A model generated the notes under the pieces. That model was not told the origin of the DNA. It searched no databases and saw only the letters and a program-made list of their open reading frames with translations. From an uncultured Chloroflexia bacterium (GTDB taxonomy: Bacteria > Chloroflexota > Limnocylindria > QHBO01), in NCBI GenBank assembly GCA_963825525.1, contig CAWGTN010000002.1, forward strand, positions 928,001-992,000: a stretch of 64,000 bases of DNA. Reading direction: 5' to 3'. The position numbers were made by a program, and so were the translations under genes. Below are positions 21,309 through 31,528 of this stretch, one piece after another. Position 1 is the stretch's first letter; each line of letters starts with the position of its first letter.

Positions 21309-24300
21309 TCAGAGACGGCGCAGGACGTAGCCCCGGTAACTCGTATGGAATCCGACCTCGCGAAGGGCATCGGCCAGGAGAGATTCGGCGACGGGTCCAC
21401 GATCAACCCGCTCGAGTCGGAGCTCGCGCATCGGCCCGCCGGGCGCGACGAGTGATGGAAGAGCGGCAACCGCTCGACGGGCTGTATCCGGATCGGCTGC
21501 GGCGGGCAGCTGCAGGAGGCCCCGCCCGCCGCGCTCGAGGTAGAGCGCCGCTTCGCCGTCGACGAGCACCACGTACGCGCCCGCTGCGCGCTGGAGGGGC
21601 AATCGCTCGTCATCTGCGGAACGCGGCCAGGCGAGCGCCGCTCCGTAGGGCTGCGCCGGATCGGTCGCGGCCAGGATATGGACCTCGGCCGATGGATCCT
21701 CGTCCTCGCGCGCCGCGCGCAGTCGGTCGACCGCTCCGGGCAGAGCGAACTGCGCTGCGCCGAGCCCAGCCACGAAGTACCCGCGACGAGCGCGGCCGGA
21801 CTCCTCCATGGCCTTGAGGACGGGGTACACCGAGGCGTACCCACCGGCGATCCCCTCCGACGCCACGGCTTCGCGGGTCACGACACCATGGCGCTCGAGG
21901 AGTGTGGTGGCCAGACCGTGGCCGCGTTCGGTCGGCGTTCGCTCCTCGCCCACCAGGTCGGCAACCAGCGACCAGCGCCCGGCGGCGCGAGGCGGCCCGA
22001 GGGCCGTGATGCGCCCCGGTCGCGGCTGGGACTTCGACCGAGACCGTGGCAGCGACAGGGCGCGCAGCGCGGCGAAGGTGTCGTTCGTCACCTCGCCCGC
22101 CCAGACCAGGTCCCAGACCGCGTCGAGGAGCTCGGCCTCGCTGCCGGCCTCGCCGATGCTGCTCCGCAGCTGGGGGTAGAAGGTCGCGCCGCGCCGCTGG
22201 AGATGCGTGCGAATGGCCTCGTGAAGCGGCTCGGATGGCCGATCATCGGCCGATCCGGCGCTCGCCAGCAGGTCGACCCGGTCCCTGCGATAGAGGGCCA
22301 CCCGGCCGTCGTCCCGACCCAGCGTGCCGCGACCGATCCAGACGACCTCGCCCGCCGCCCCCAGCTCATCGAGCAGGCGAGGCGTGTACCCCGAGACGCG
22401 GGCCGACAGGACATCTCGCTCCAGGACCGATGCCGGGATCGGCACACCCTCGAGCTGCGCGACCGCCTCGACCAATCGACCGATCCCCCCGGCGCTCGAG
22501 CCGACGCCGTGCCAGGCCGGAAGGAAGCGCGCCAGCACCTGCGGCTCGACCGGCTCGACCTCACGGCGCAATCGGGCGAGCGACCGCCGGCGGAGCTGGC
22601 GCAGAACGTCGGGGTCCGTGAACTCGTGGGCCGCGCCGCCGGGGCGGAATGCTCCTTCGAGGAGGGTGCCGGCGGCGGCCATGAGCTTCAGACGGCCCTC
22701 GACCGTGGCCCGGGCGAGGCCCCAGCGCGTGGCAGGCGCATCTGCGACGAACGGGGTGTGGGTGCGTGCCCATCGGCGCCAGCAGGAGGTCGAGCGGCGG
22801 GGCCTCCGACGGCTCGAGAAATGTCTCCGCCACGCCGGCAGGCGGGCTGGCTCCCACGGCATCCCGGTAGCGCGCCGCATCCTCGACCGCGATCCAGCGC
22901 TCCTCGCCGGCGATCCGCACGCGGATGGCGCGGCGTGAACGCTCGAGCTCAGCCAGCGCGGCGGCGGCGTCGAGCTCGTCGCTGATGCGCGCCGCCACCT
23001 CGTCGCTGCGCAGGTCGCCGATCCGACGGAGGAGGTCGCTCACGCCGTCGACGGTGCGGGCGCGCCGCGATTCGACGAGGGCCTGCAGCTCGAGCTCGAG
23101 ATCGGCAACGGCGTCCGGGTCGAGCAGCTCGCGGAGCTCCTCGGTGCCGAGCAGCTCGGCAAGGAGCTCCCGGTCGAGGGCCAGGGCCTGCGCCCGGCGC
23201 TCGGCCAGCGGCGCGTCGCCTTCGTACATGAAGGAACCGATGTAATCGAACAGGAGCGAGGAAGCGAATGGGGATGCCGATCGCGACTCGACGCTCACGG
23301 TCCGGATCCGTCGCGCGCGGATCTCGCCGAGCAGCTCGACGAGGGCCGGCATGTCGAACACGTCGCGCAGGATCTCGCGATACGTCTCGAGGATGATCGG
23401 GAACGAACCGTAGCGGCTGGCGACCGCCAGCAGGTCAGCCGATTTCTGGCGCTGCATCCACAGCGGCGTGCGTTGGCCCGGGCGGCGCCGAGGCAGCAGG
23501 AGCGCCCGTGCCGCATTTTCGCGGAACCGCGCGGCAAACAGCGCGGATCCGCCGAGCTCGGACATCAGCAGCTCTTCGATGGCATCGGGGTCGAGCAGCA
23601 GGGTGGCGTCGATGTTCGCGCCATCGGCCTCGATGCCTTCCGGCAACCGCACGGCGATGCCGTCATCCGACCAGATCGTCTGAACATCCAGGCCATGCTC
23701 CTCGCGCAGGCGCGACTCGATGGCCATCGACCACGGGGCGTGAACACGGCCGCCGAACGGCGAGAGCAGCACAACCCGCCAGTCGCCGAGCTCGTCGCGG
23801 AAGCGTTCGATCACGATGGTGCGATCCGTTGGCAGCACCCCGGTCACCTCGCGCTGCTCCGCGAGGTAGGCGACGAGATTGCGAGCTGCCAGCGGGTCGA
23901 GGGCGTTGGACTCGCGCAAGCGGATGACGGCAGCCTCGACCTTCATCGGCTCGATCTCGCGGAGAAAGGCGCCGATGGCACGCCCCAGCTCGATCGGCCG
24001 GCCGATGGCGTCGCCATGCCAGAACGGCATCTTCCCCGGTTCCCCGGGTGCCGGGGTGACGATCACGCGATCCGGCTTGATCTCCTCGATCCGCCAGGTC
24101 GAGGCGCCGAGCAGAAACGTCTCGCCGACTCGCGACTCGTAGACCATCTCCTCGTCGAGCTCCCCGACCCGCCGCCCGCCGCGGCCGGCGTCGTCCCCGG
24201 GCAGGAAGACCCCGTACAGCCCACGGTCCGGGATGGTCCCGCCGGACGTGATGGCCACCACCCGCGCGTCGTTGCGCGATGCCACCTCGTCCGTCTGGCG

Positions 24301-25776
24301 GTCCCACACCAGCCGCGGCTTGAGGTCGGCGAACTCGTCGGATGGATAGCGTCCCGAGAGCATGTCGAGCACTCCCGTGAGCTGCTCGCGCGACAGGTCG
24401 CGGAAGCTCTCCGCACGGGTCACGAGCCGATGGAGGTCGTCCACCGTCCAGCGGCCGTCGACGCAGATGGCGACAAGCTGCTGCGCCAGGACGTCGAGCG
24501 GATTGCGCGGGATCCGCGTCTCCTCGATCTGGGCCGCCTTCATGCGCTCCACGACCACCGCCGCCTCCACGAGGTCGCCGCGGTACTTCGGGAAGATCTT
24601 GCCGACGCTCGGCTCGCCGACCTGGTGACCGGCGCGGCCGATGCGCTGCATGCCCGACGCAACCGACGGCGGTGCCTCGATCTGCACCACGAGGTCGATG
24701 GCGCCCATGTCGATCCCAAGCTCGAGGCTCGAGGTGGCGACCAGCGCCGGCAGGCGTCCCTGCTTGAGGTCCTCCTCGATCTGGAGCCGCTGCTCGCGCG
24801 CCACGCTGCCGTGATGGGCTCGGACGAGCTCCTCCCCCGCAAGCTCGTTGAGGCGGGCGGCGAGGCGCTCGGCCAGGCGGCGCGAGTTCACGAAGATCAG
24901 CGTCGACCGATGGGCCCGGATGAGTTCGAGCAGCTTCGGGTGAATCGACGGCCAGATCGAGTGCCGAGCCTCTGGCCCCGCGGCCGGGCCGCCGGGTGCC
25001 TCGTCGACGTCCATGACCTCGCCCATCCGGGCCATGTCCTCCACCGGCACGATGACCTCGAGGTCGAGCTCCTTGCGTGCTCCGGCATCGACGATCTCGA
25101 CCTCACGCCCCACGCCTCCCATGAACGCACCGATTGCCTCCAGCGGCCGCTGAGTGGCAGACAGGCCGATGCGCTGCGGATCGGCATGGGCCAGGTGGCT
25201 CAGGCGCTCGAGGCTGAGGGCCAGGTGCGAGCCGCGCTTCGTGGCGGCGATGGCGTGGACCTCGTCGATGATCACGTGCTCCACGCCGCGCAGGATCTCG
25301 CGCGCCTGGCTGGTGAGGAGCAGGTAGAGCGATTCCGGCGTGGTGACGAGGATGTCCGGTGGGGTCCTGACGAGCTGGCGGCGCGCATCGGCCGGGGTGT
25401 CTCCGGTGCGGCTGGCAACCGCAATCTCGGGCACCGGGGTTCCAAGCAGATCGGCGGTCCGGCGGATCCCCGCCAGCGGCGCGCGCAGGTTGCGCTCGAC
25501 GTCGTAGGTGAGTGCCTTCAGCGGGCTGATGTACAGGACGCGGACCGTCCGCTTCGCGGGCGCCGACTCGGTCATGAGGCGGTCGAGGCACCACAGGAAG
25601 GCGGCGAGGGTCTTCCCGCTCCCCGTGGGTGCGTGAATCAGGGTGTGGCGACCACCGCTGATGGCAGGCCAGCCGAGCTCCTGGGCACGAGTCGGATCGG
25701 CGAACGCCTCGCGAAACCAGGTACGGGTGGGCTCGCTGAACGGCGCGAGGGGGTCAACGGGTTGGCGGGGGCTCAC
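21309..25776 (-). CDS. lhr: Long Lhr-family ATP-dependent helicase with C-terminal winged-helix/glycosylase-like region; frameshift near 22790
   Basis: APTGSGKT, YISPLKAL, DEVH, LSAT, TSSLELGID, QRIGRAGH; C-terminal GEVVWIG, RRGYFVAGLGAAQFA, ATDPAQPYG. Confidence 0.93.
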
Positions 25777-25809
25777 GGCACAGGTGAGTGTAGCGCCGCC
25801 TCACGATTC

Positions 25810-25821
25810 GAACAAACGTTC
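25810..25821. promoter_or_regulatory. LexA (SOS) box GAAC-N4-GTTC upstream of lhr
   Basis: TTCGAACAAACGTTCT about 34 nt upstream of the lhr start, next to the -10 TACACT. Confidence 0.75.
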
Positions 25822-25934
25822 TCATTGGCTACGAACTCGAATGGCGGCCCGATATCGGGCCTGACCTGCGGGGCCAACCGCGCCAGTTGTAGCTGGGTCG
25901 GCGCCATCCCAGTGAGGGCAGTTGCCGGGCGCGC

Positions 25935-25948
25935 CGGACCCATGTCCC
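25935..25948. promoter_or_regulatory. DosR-type box upstream of the sensor kinase
   Basis: CGGAC-CCAT-GTCCC. Confidence 0.5.
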
Positions 25949-25991
25949 CACCACCACGGTGAACGTCAGCCATGGGGGGTACGCTACGCCG

Positions 25992-27527
25992 ATGTCGCGC
26001 GTAAGCCCAACGTCGGCGTCTTCTGCGGGAGACCATCGACCGTTCCTCCCACTGCCCGATGTGCTCGAGGCCCTAGAGGCCTGGCGCGCCGCGCCCGGCG
26101 CCGAGGCGACCGATCGCCTGCGGGCCACGCTCGACGTGGCGGCTGCGGCGCTCGACCTCGAAATCGGTCGCCTCACCGTCATCATGCCTCCACTCCCCGA
26201 GCTCGACCTGGTCGTTGGCTCAGGAACGACCGGCGCCGAGATCGTGCTCCGCGCCCCCGGCGAGAACGCGCCCATCGGCTCGGTACGGATCACGGGCGAC
26301 CGTGATTCGGCGAGCTCGTTGGCGCGCGCCGTGGAGCTGCTGCTCGTCGCGACGCGCAACAGCGCGAAGGCAAGCCGGGCGGCGCGTCAGCTGAACGCCC
26401 TGGACCAGGCGGTGCGGGGAATCAGCGGCGTCCTCGACGTCGATCGCGTGCTCCAGCTCATCGTCGATCGCGTTCGCGAGCTGGCGGACGCGCAGTACGC
26501 CGCACTCGGCATCGTTGACGACACCGGCTCGATCGAGCGCTTCATCACCAGCGGGCTGGACGATGAGGAGCGTGCGCGAATCGGGGACCTCCCGCACGGG
26601 CGAGGCCTTCTGGGCCTCATCATCCGAGAGAACCGGACCTACCGGATTCCCGAGATCAGCGTTCACCCCGAGCGATACGGCTTCCCACCGAACCATCCGG
26701 AGATGCACTCCTTCCTCGGCATGCCGATCACGAGCCGGGGCGAGACCGTGGGACTGCTCTACCTGACCAACAAGATCGACGCCGCACAGTTCAGCGACGA
26801 AGACCAGGCGCTGGTCGAGATGTTCGCGCTCCACGCCGGGATCGCGATCGAGAATACGCGGCTGCTGCACCAGGTACGCCGGCTCGCCGTGGTCGACGAG
26901 CGCGACCGAATCAGCCGCGATCTGCACGACAGCGTGATCCAGTCGATCTACGCACAGACACTCGCGCTTGACGACGTACCCGAGCTGATGGGCGAGGATG
27001 CAGCGGAAGCGAGCCGCCGGGTCGACAGCGCCATCGACGCGCTCCACGCGGTGATCCGCGACATCCGCAACTTCATCTTCGGTCTTCGGCCCATCCTGCT
27101 CGAGTCAGGTGACCTGGCCGCGGGGCTGGAGCATCTCGCCGCCGAGCTCCGCCGCAATGGCGGCGTGGAGGTCCACGTCTCGGTCTCGGACGATGCGGCG
27201 CTTTTTCCCCAGCTGCCAATGGAGCACATCGCTGAGCTGCTGGCCATCACGCAGGAGGGATTAAGCAATGTCGCACGGCACGCCGCCGCCTCGCGAGCCG
27301 ATGTGAACCTTGCGCTGGCGGACGGCGCGCTCCAGCTCGAGCTCGCCGACGACGGTCGCGGGTTCGATGCAGAGCGTGCGACGGAGAAGGGGCATCATGG
27401 CCTTGGCAACATTCACGCGCGGGTGGACAGGCTGGGCGGCACACTGACCGTGGCGAGTAGTTTCGACTCGGGGACCCGTATCATCGTCTCGATACCCCAA
27501 CCATCGGTGAAGGAGTCGCAGCGATGA
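25992..27527 (+). CDS. DosS/DevS-like heme-GAF sensor histidine kinase (single GAF, HisKA_3, HATPase)
   Basis: GFPPNHPEMHSFLGMP and LYLTNK match the DosS GAF-A heme pocket; ERDRISRDLHDSVIQ (H-box); EGLSNVARHA, DDGRGF. Confidence 0.9.
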   Translation: MSRVSPTSASSAGDHRPFLPLPDVLEALEAWRAAPGAEATDRLRATLDVAAAALDLEIGRLTVIMPPLPELDLVVGSGTTGAEIVLRAPGENAPIGSVRITGDRDSASSLARAVELLLVATRNSAKASRAARQLNALDQAVRGISGVLDVDRVLQLIVDRVRELADAQYAALGIVDDTGSIERFITSGLDDEERARIGDLPHGRGLLGLIIRENRTYRIPEISVHPERYGFPPNHPEMHSFLGMPITSRGETVGLLYLTNKIDAAQFSDEDQALVEMFALHAGIAIENTRLLHQVRRLAVVDERDRISRDLHDSVIQSIYAQTLALDDVPELMGEDAAEASRRVDSAIDALHAVIRDIRNFIFGLRPILLESGDLAAGLEHLAAELRRNGGVEVHVSVSDDAALFPQLPMEHIAELLAITQEGLSNVARHAAASRADVNLALADGALQLELADDGRGFDAERATEKGHHGLGNIHARVDRLGGTLTVASSFDSGTRIIVSIPQPSVKESQR

Positions 27528-28198
27528 CCGGCGACGGAACGGCGCCCCCGCTCAGGCTCCTGGTCGTCGACGACCATGAGGTCGTTCGGCAGGGACTGGT
27601 GGCGCTTCTCGATCGGCGTTCCGGCTTCGACGTGGTGGCCCACGCGGGCACGGTCGCGGATGCCATCGCCGCGGCCGCGAAGTTCGAGCCGGACGTCGTT
27701 GTCATGGACGTGCGGCTCCCCGACGGCTCGGGCATCGAAGCCTGCCGCGAGATCCGCGCCCACCGGCCCGAGACTCGCGTGGTGATGCTCACGAGCTACC
27801 CGGACGAAGAAGCGGTGCTGTCCGCGATCATCGCCGGGGCCTCGGGCTACCTCCTCAAGCAGGTTCGCGGTCGCGACCTGGTGGCGGCTCTCGAGGCCGT
27901 CGGGCGCGGCGACTCCCTCCTCGATCCGGCGGTGACTGAGAAGGTGCTCCAGCGTGTGCGAGCGGCCGCAGGCGGAGGCGCCAACGACGAGCTCTCCGAA
28001 CTGACCGCACAGGAGAGAAAGATCCTCCTTCTCATTGCCGAGGGAAAGACGAACAAGGAGATTGCCGGGGACGTGTTCCTGTCGGACAAGACGGTGAAGA
28101 ACTACGTCAGCAGCATCCTGTCGAAGCTCAACCTGCAGCGCCGCGCCCAAGCCGCGGCCTTCGTCGCCAAGCATCACCTCGGGGACGACCAGGGCTAG
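27524..28198 (+). CDS. DosR/DevR-like NarL/LuxR family response regulator
   Basis: VVDDHEVVRQGL, MDVRLPDGSG, LTSY, GYLLK; HTH NKEIA..LSDKTVKNYVSSILSKL; ATGA overlap with the kinase. Confidence 0.92.
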   Translation: MTGDGTAPPLRLLVVDDHEVVRQGLVALLDRRSGFDVVAHAGTVADAIAAAAKFEPDVVVMDVRLPDGSGIEACREIRAHRPETRVVMLTSYPDEEAVLSAIIAGASGYLLKQVRGRDLVAALEAVGRGDSLLDPAVTEKVLQRVRAAAGGGANDELSELTAQERKILLLIAEGKTNKEIAGDVFLSDKTVKNYVSSILSKLNLQRRAQAAAFVAKHHLGDDQG

Positions 28199-28757
28199 CC
28201 TCGCGCCGGACAACGTCCCTTCTCTCGGATGTCGGGGCTGGCAGAATGTCGAGCGTAATCTCTTCGACTCCCATGTCGATCGAGTCACCCACGATCCGGC
28301 AGCCGAGCCCCTGTGTCCCGTACGCAAGCTTCCGCATCGCGCCGTTGTCGGCGTAGGTCGCCGCCGACAGGTGCCGCAGGCCCAGGCGTCGAGCATGGTC
28401 GACCAGCGCCCGCATCAGCGCGGTGCCGATGCCCTGTCGGTGGAAATCGTCAGCCACTACGAAGGCGACCTCGGCGCCACCTTCGCCGTCCGGGTACAGC
28501 GTTGCGTGGCCGATGACTCGCCCATCGTTGAGCCCCTGCTCCTCGATGACCGCGACGACACCAAGGGACGCCGGCGGCAAACTCAGTGCGTCACTTCCAG
28601 AACCACCAAGGAACCGTCGGCGACGCGACTCGGGTGACAGCCCCGCCAGCAGATCCGACATGCCCGGTGTATCGAACTCGTCCGCGACACGGATCCTGAA
28701 CCGGCCGTCGGTCTTCGGATCGTTGCGCGCTGACGATCTGGGTGACTGGATGAGCAT
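28128..28757 (-). CDS. Stand-alone GNAT acetyltransferase resembling the GNAT domain of Pat-type protein acetyltransferases
   Basis: LSPESRRRRFLG, AEVAFVVADDFHRQGIGTALM, DNGAMRKL; GAGG RBS. The 3' end may really lie near 28195. Confidence 0.82.
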   Translation of the reverse strand: MLIQSPRSSARNDPKTDGRFRIRVADEFDTPGMSDLLAGLSPESRRRRFLGGSGSDALSLPPASLGVVAVIEEQGLNDGRVIGHATLYPDGEGGAEVAFVVADDFHRQGIGTALMRALVDHARRLGLRHLSAATYADNGAMRKLAYGTQGLGCRIVGDSIDMGVEEITLDILPAPTSERRDVVRREASPGRPRGDAWRRRPRLGRGAAG

Positions 28758-28811
28758 CGGCGTTTCCTCGTTCGCTGGCACCATCGTCGGCACCCCAACG
28801 GGCTGGGCGGA

Positions 28812-28825
28812 GTGCCATAGGTCCC
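28812..28825. promoter_or_regulatory. DosR-type box between the divergent GNAT and CoA-transferase genes
   Basis: GTGCC-ATAG-GTCCC. Confidence 0.65.
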
Positions 28826-28882
28826 GAACCCACGAGACAGATGACCCCAGCCATTCGGCGACGCAGTTCCTACACTGAACTC

Positions 28883-30154
28883 ATGCAGGTGGTCAGCGTC
28901 GAGCGAGCAGTTGCGGGCGTCCGCTCAGGCGAGCAGATCTTCGTGCACGGCGGTGCCGCCACCCCGACCGCGCTCCTGCTCGCGCTCGTGGCCCGAGCGT
29001 CCGACCTGCGCGACGTGGGGATGATCCATTTCCACACGGAGGGGCCCGCGCCGCACCTCGCCCCGGAGATGGCTTCGCACTTCCGACACCGCGCGCTGTT
29101 CATCGGCGCCAATGCACGCAACGCCGTGAACGAGGGCCGCGCCGACTACGTCCCCATCTTCCTGTCCGACGTACCCGAGCTGTTCACCAGCGGTGTCCTG
29201 CCACTCGACGTCGCCCTCGTCAACGTCTCGCCTCCCGATGCCCACGGTTACTGCTCCCTCGGCACGAGCGTCGACGCCGCGATGGCGGCGACGCGTGCGG
29301 CGCGCACCGTCATCGCGCAGCTCAATCCCTCCATGCCACGCACACTCGGCGACTCGTTCATCCATGTCGATGAGATCGACCTGGCCGTCGAGGTCGATCT
29401 ACCGCCGTTCGAGCATCACGAGGGGCCGATCGGCGAGGTCGAGCGACGGATCGGCGAACATGTGGCCGAGCTCGTTCCGGATGGCGCGACCGTCCAGATG
29501 GGGATCGGATCGATCCCCGCCGCCGTCGGGCTTGCCCTGCGCGACAAGAGAGACCTCGGCATCCATACGGAGCTGTTCACCGATCCCGTGCTCGACCTGG
29601 TCGAATGCGGCGCGGTCACGGGCGCTCGCAAGGAGATCAACCGCGGAAAGATCGTGACGGCATTCCTGATGGGGAGCAAGCGCCTGTACAGCTTCGTCAA
29701 CGACAACCCGATGATCGAGATGCGACCGGTCGATTACACCAACGACACTTCAGTCATCCGGCGCTTCAGGCGGATGGTCGCTGTGAACTCCGCGATCTCG
29801 ATCGACCTCACCGGACAGGTGAGCGCGGACTCGATCGGTACCAGGTTCTACTCCGGCGTCGGCGGGCAGATGGACTTCATGCGGGGCGCGGCGCTGTCGG
29901 AACACGGCCGAGCAATCATCGCGCTGCCATCAACCGCGGCCGGAGGATCCATCTCGCGGATCGCGGCGGTCCTTGCCGAGGGGGCAGGCGTCGTCACCAG
30001 CCGCGCACACGTCCGGACCGTCGTCACCGAGTACGGAGTCGCCGAGCTCTTCGGACGGAGCATCCGCGAGCGCGCGTCCGGCCTGATCGCCATCGCACAT
30101 CCCGACTTCCGCGACGCGCTGGCGGCCGAGGCCCGCCGCCTGTACAACGTCTGA
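28883..30154 (+). CDS. Acetyl-CoA hydrolase/transferase (4-hydroxybutyrate CoA-transferase-like)
   Basis: ADYVPIFLS, QMGIGSIP, GIHTELF (catalytic Glu), SGVGGQMDF, VVTEYG. Confidence 0.92.
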   Translation: MQVVSVERAVAGVRSGEQIFVHGGAATPTALLLALVARASDLRDVGMIHFHTEGPAPHLAPEMASHFRHRALFIGANARNAVNEGRADYVPIFLSDVPELFTSGVLPLDVALVNVSPPDAHGYCSLGTSVDAAMAATRAARTVIAQLNPSMPRTLGDSFIHVDEIDLAVEVDLPPFEHHEGPIGEVERRIGEHVAELVPDGATVQMGIGSIPAAVGLALRDKRDLGIHTELFTDPVLDLVECGAVTGARKEINRGKIVTAFLMGSKRLYSFVNDNPMIEMRPVDYTNDTSVIRRFRRMVAVNSAISIDLTGQVSADSIGTRFYSGVGGQMDFMRGAALSEHGRAIIALPSTAAGGSISRIAAVLAEGAGVVTSRAHVRTVVTEYGVAELFGRSIRERASGLIAIAHPDFRDALAAEARRLYNV

Positions 30155-30194
30155 TCGATGACCGGCGCGGATGTTCCATCCAGCCTGGGCCGTC

Positions 30195-30208
30195 GTGCCA
30201 CACGGCAC
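30195..30208. promoter_or_regulatory. DosR-type box
   Basis: Perfect GTGCC-ACAC-GGCAC; -10-like TAGGTT at 30232-30237. Confidence 0.65.
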
Positions 30209-30267
30209 TCGCGGCGCAACCACCGTACGGGTAGGTTGTAGGTCACATCCACGCACGGAGATCGACG

Positions 30268-30378
30268 ATGTCCACCCAGCGCGCGACGCTCTACGACGAC
30301 TTCATCGCCTGGCTCAACGACCATTCGGTCGAATATGAGCTCCACGAAGTGGGCCCGCTCCGTTCCCGCGCCCGGTGA
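30268..30378 (+). CDS. 36-aa ORF resembling the N-terminus of YbaK/EbsC aminoacyl-tRNA deacylases (remnant or leader)
   Basis: GGAG RBS; [36 protein letters not shown]; stop overlaps the GTG of the next gene. Confidence 0.5.
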   Translation: MSTQRATLYDDFIAWLNDHSVEYELHEVGPLRSRAR

Positions 30379-31496
30379 CAGCGTCGACGACCGCCGACAT
30401 CGCGCGCTGGCGAGCCAACCTCCAGGGCGAGGTCGACGGCGCTCACGTCTATCGGGGCATGGCAGCGAACGCGGGCGATCCCCGAATTGCCACGGTCTAC
30501 GCCGAGCTGGCGGCGGCGGAGGAGCGTCACGCGGATTTCTGGCGCGAGCGACTCGCCGGCGCGGGGGCTTCTGCGCGGATCAGCCCGTCGCCCCGGGCCC
30601 GCGTGATGGCTCTTCTCGCCCGTCGACTCGGCGCCGGCATCGTCGCCCCGACCATGGCGAGCCAGGAACGCCAGGGACGGACAATGTACGACGACCAGCC
30701 CGAAGCTGCCGGCACCAGCCTCCCCGACGACGAGCGCTCGCACGCACGGACTCTGCACAAGATCACCGGCGGGCTCTCGGGTTCGATGCTCGCTCGTTTC
30801 GAGGGACGGCATCGCCAGATCGGCGGCAATGCCCTGCGAGCCGCCGTCCTCGGAGCGAACGACGGGCTCGTCTCCAACTTCAGCCTGGTCATGGGCGTCG
30901 CGGGCGCCACCGCGACCCGCGAGCCGATCATCATCGCCGGGGTGGCCGGCCTGCTGGCGGGCTCCCTGTCGATGGCTCTTGGTGAGTGGCTGAGCGTGCA
31001 GAGCTCCCGTGAGCTGTACGAAAACCAGATCGCAGCTGAACGGGACGAGATCGAGGCATTCCCGGCCGAAGAGGAAGAGGAGCTTCGTCTCATCTACGAA
31101 GCCAAGGGCATCGACGCACAGGATGCGCGTCACCTGGCGCATCGGATCATCACCGGCGATCCGCAGGTCGCCCTGGACACCATGGCGCGCGAGGAGCTCG
31201 GCATCGATCCGGATGAGCTCGGAGGGTCAGCCTGGGTCGCCGCCCTCACGTCATTCGTGCTCTTCTCCCTGGGGGCCATCGTTCCTGTCGTGCCGTTCCT
31301 GGTTACGTCCGGGCTCGGGGCGATCGTTGCCTCGGCCGCGTTCTCGGCGGCCGCGCTCTTCGGCCTTGGTGCCGCGATCACCGTGCTTACCGGTCAGCGC
31401 CCGATTCATGCCGGTCTTCGGCAGGTCGCCTTCGGGCTCACTGCCGCCGCCGTCACGTTCGGCATCGGCAGTCTGCTGGGGACGGCCATGGGCTGA
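30375..31496 (+). CDS. VIT1/CCC1 Fe/Mn transporter with N-terminal ferritin/rubrerythrin-like domain
   Basis: EERH and DERSH di-iron motifs; [26 protein letters not shown]. Confidence 0.9.
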   Translation: MTASTTADIARWRANLQGEVDGAHVYRGMAANAGDPRIATVYAELAAAEERHADFWRERLAGAGASARISPSPRARVMALLARRLGAGIVAPTMASQERQGRTMYDDQPEAAGTSLPDDERSHARTLHKITGGLSGSMLARFEGRHRQIGGNALRAAVLGANDGLVSNFSLVMGVAGATATREPIIIAGVAGLLAGSLSMALGEWLSVQSSRELYENQIAAERDEIEAFPAEEEEELRLIYEAKGIDAQDARHLAHRIITGDPQVALDTMAREELGIDPDELGGSAWVAALTSFVLFSLGAIVPVVPFLVTSGLGAIVASAAFSAAALFGLGAAITVLTGQRPIHAGLRQVAFGLTAAAVTFGIGSLLGTAMG

Positions 31497-31528
31497 TCGA
31501 AGATGAAGGCTGGTACGCTCGTGAGGCA

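Noticed and set aside
1472-25776. Many frameshifted genes (desulfurase, glgP, M23, DUF885, DUF62, USP, lhr) as pseudogenes or programmed frameshifts
   Set aside because: All motifs are intact, I saw no in-frame stops, and there is no shared slippery site. The pattern fits single-base indel errors from long-read assembly; read polishing would confirm.
25847-25860. Perfect palindrome GCCCGATATCGGGC between lhr and the kinase
   Set aside because: Single occurrence that matches neither the DosR-type nor the LexA motif; could be chance in GC-rich DNA.
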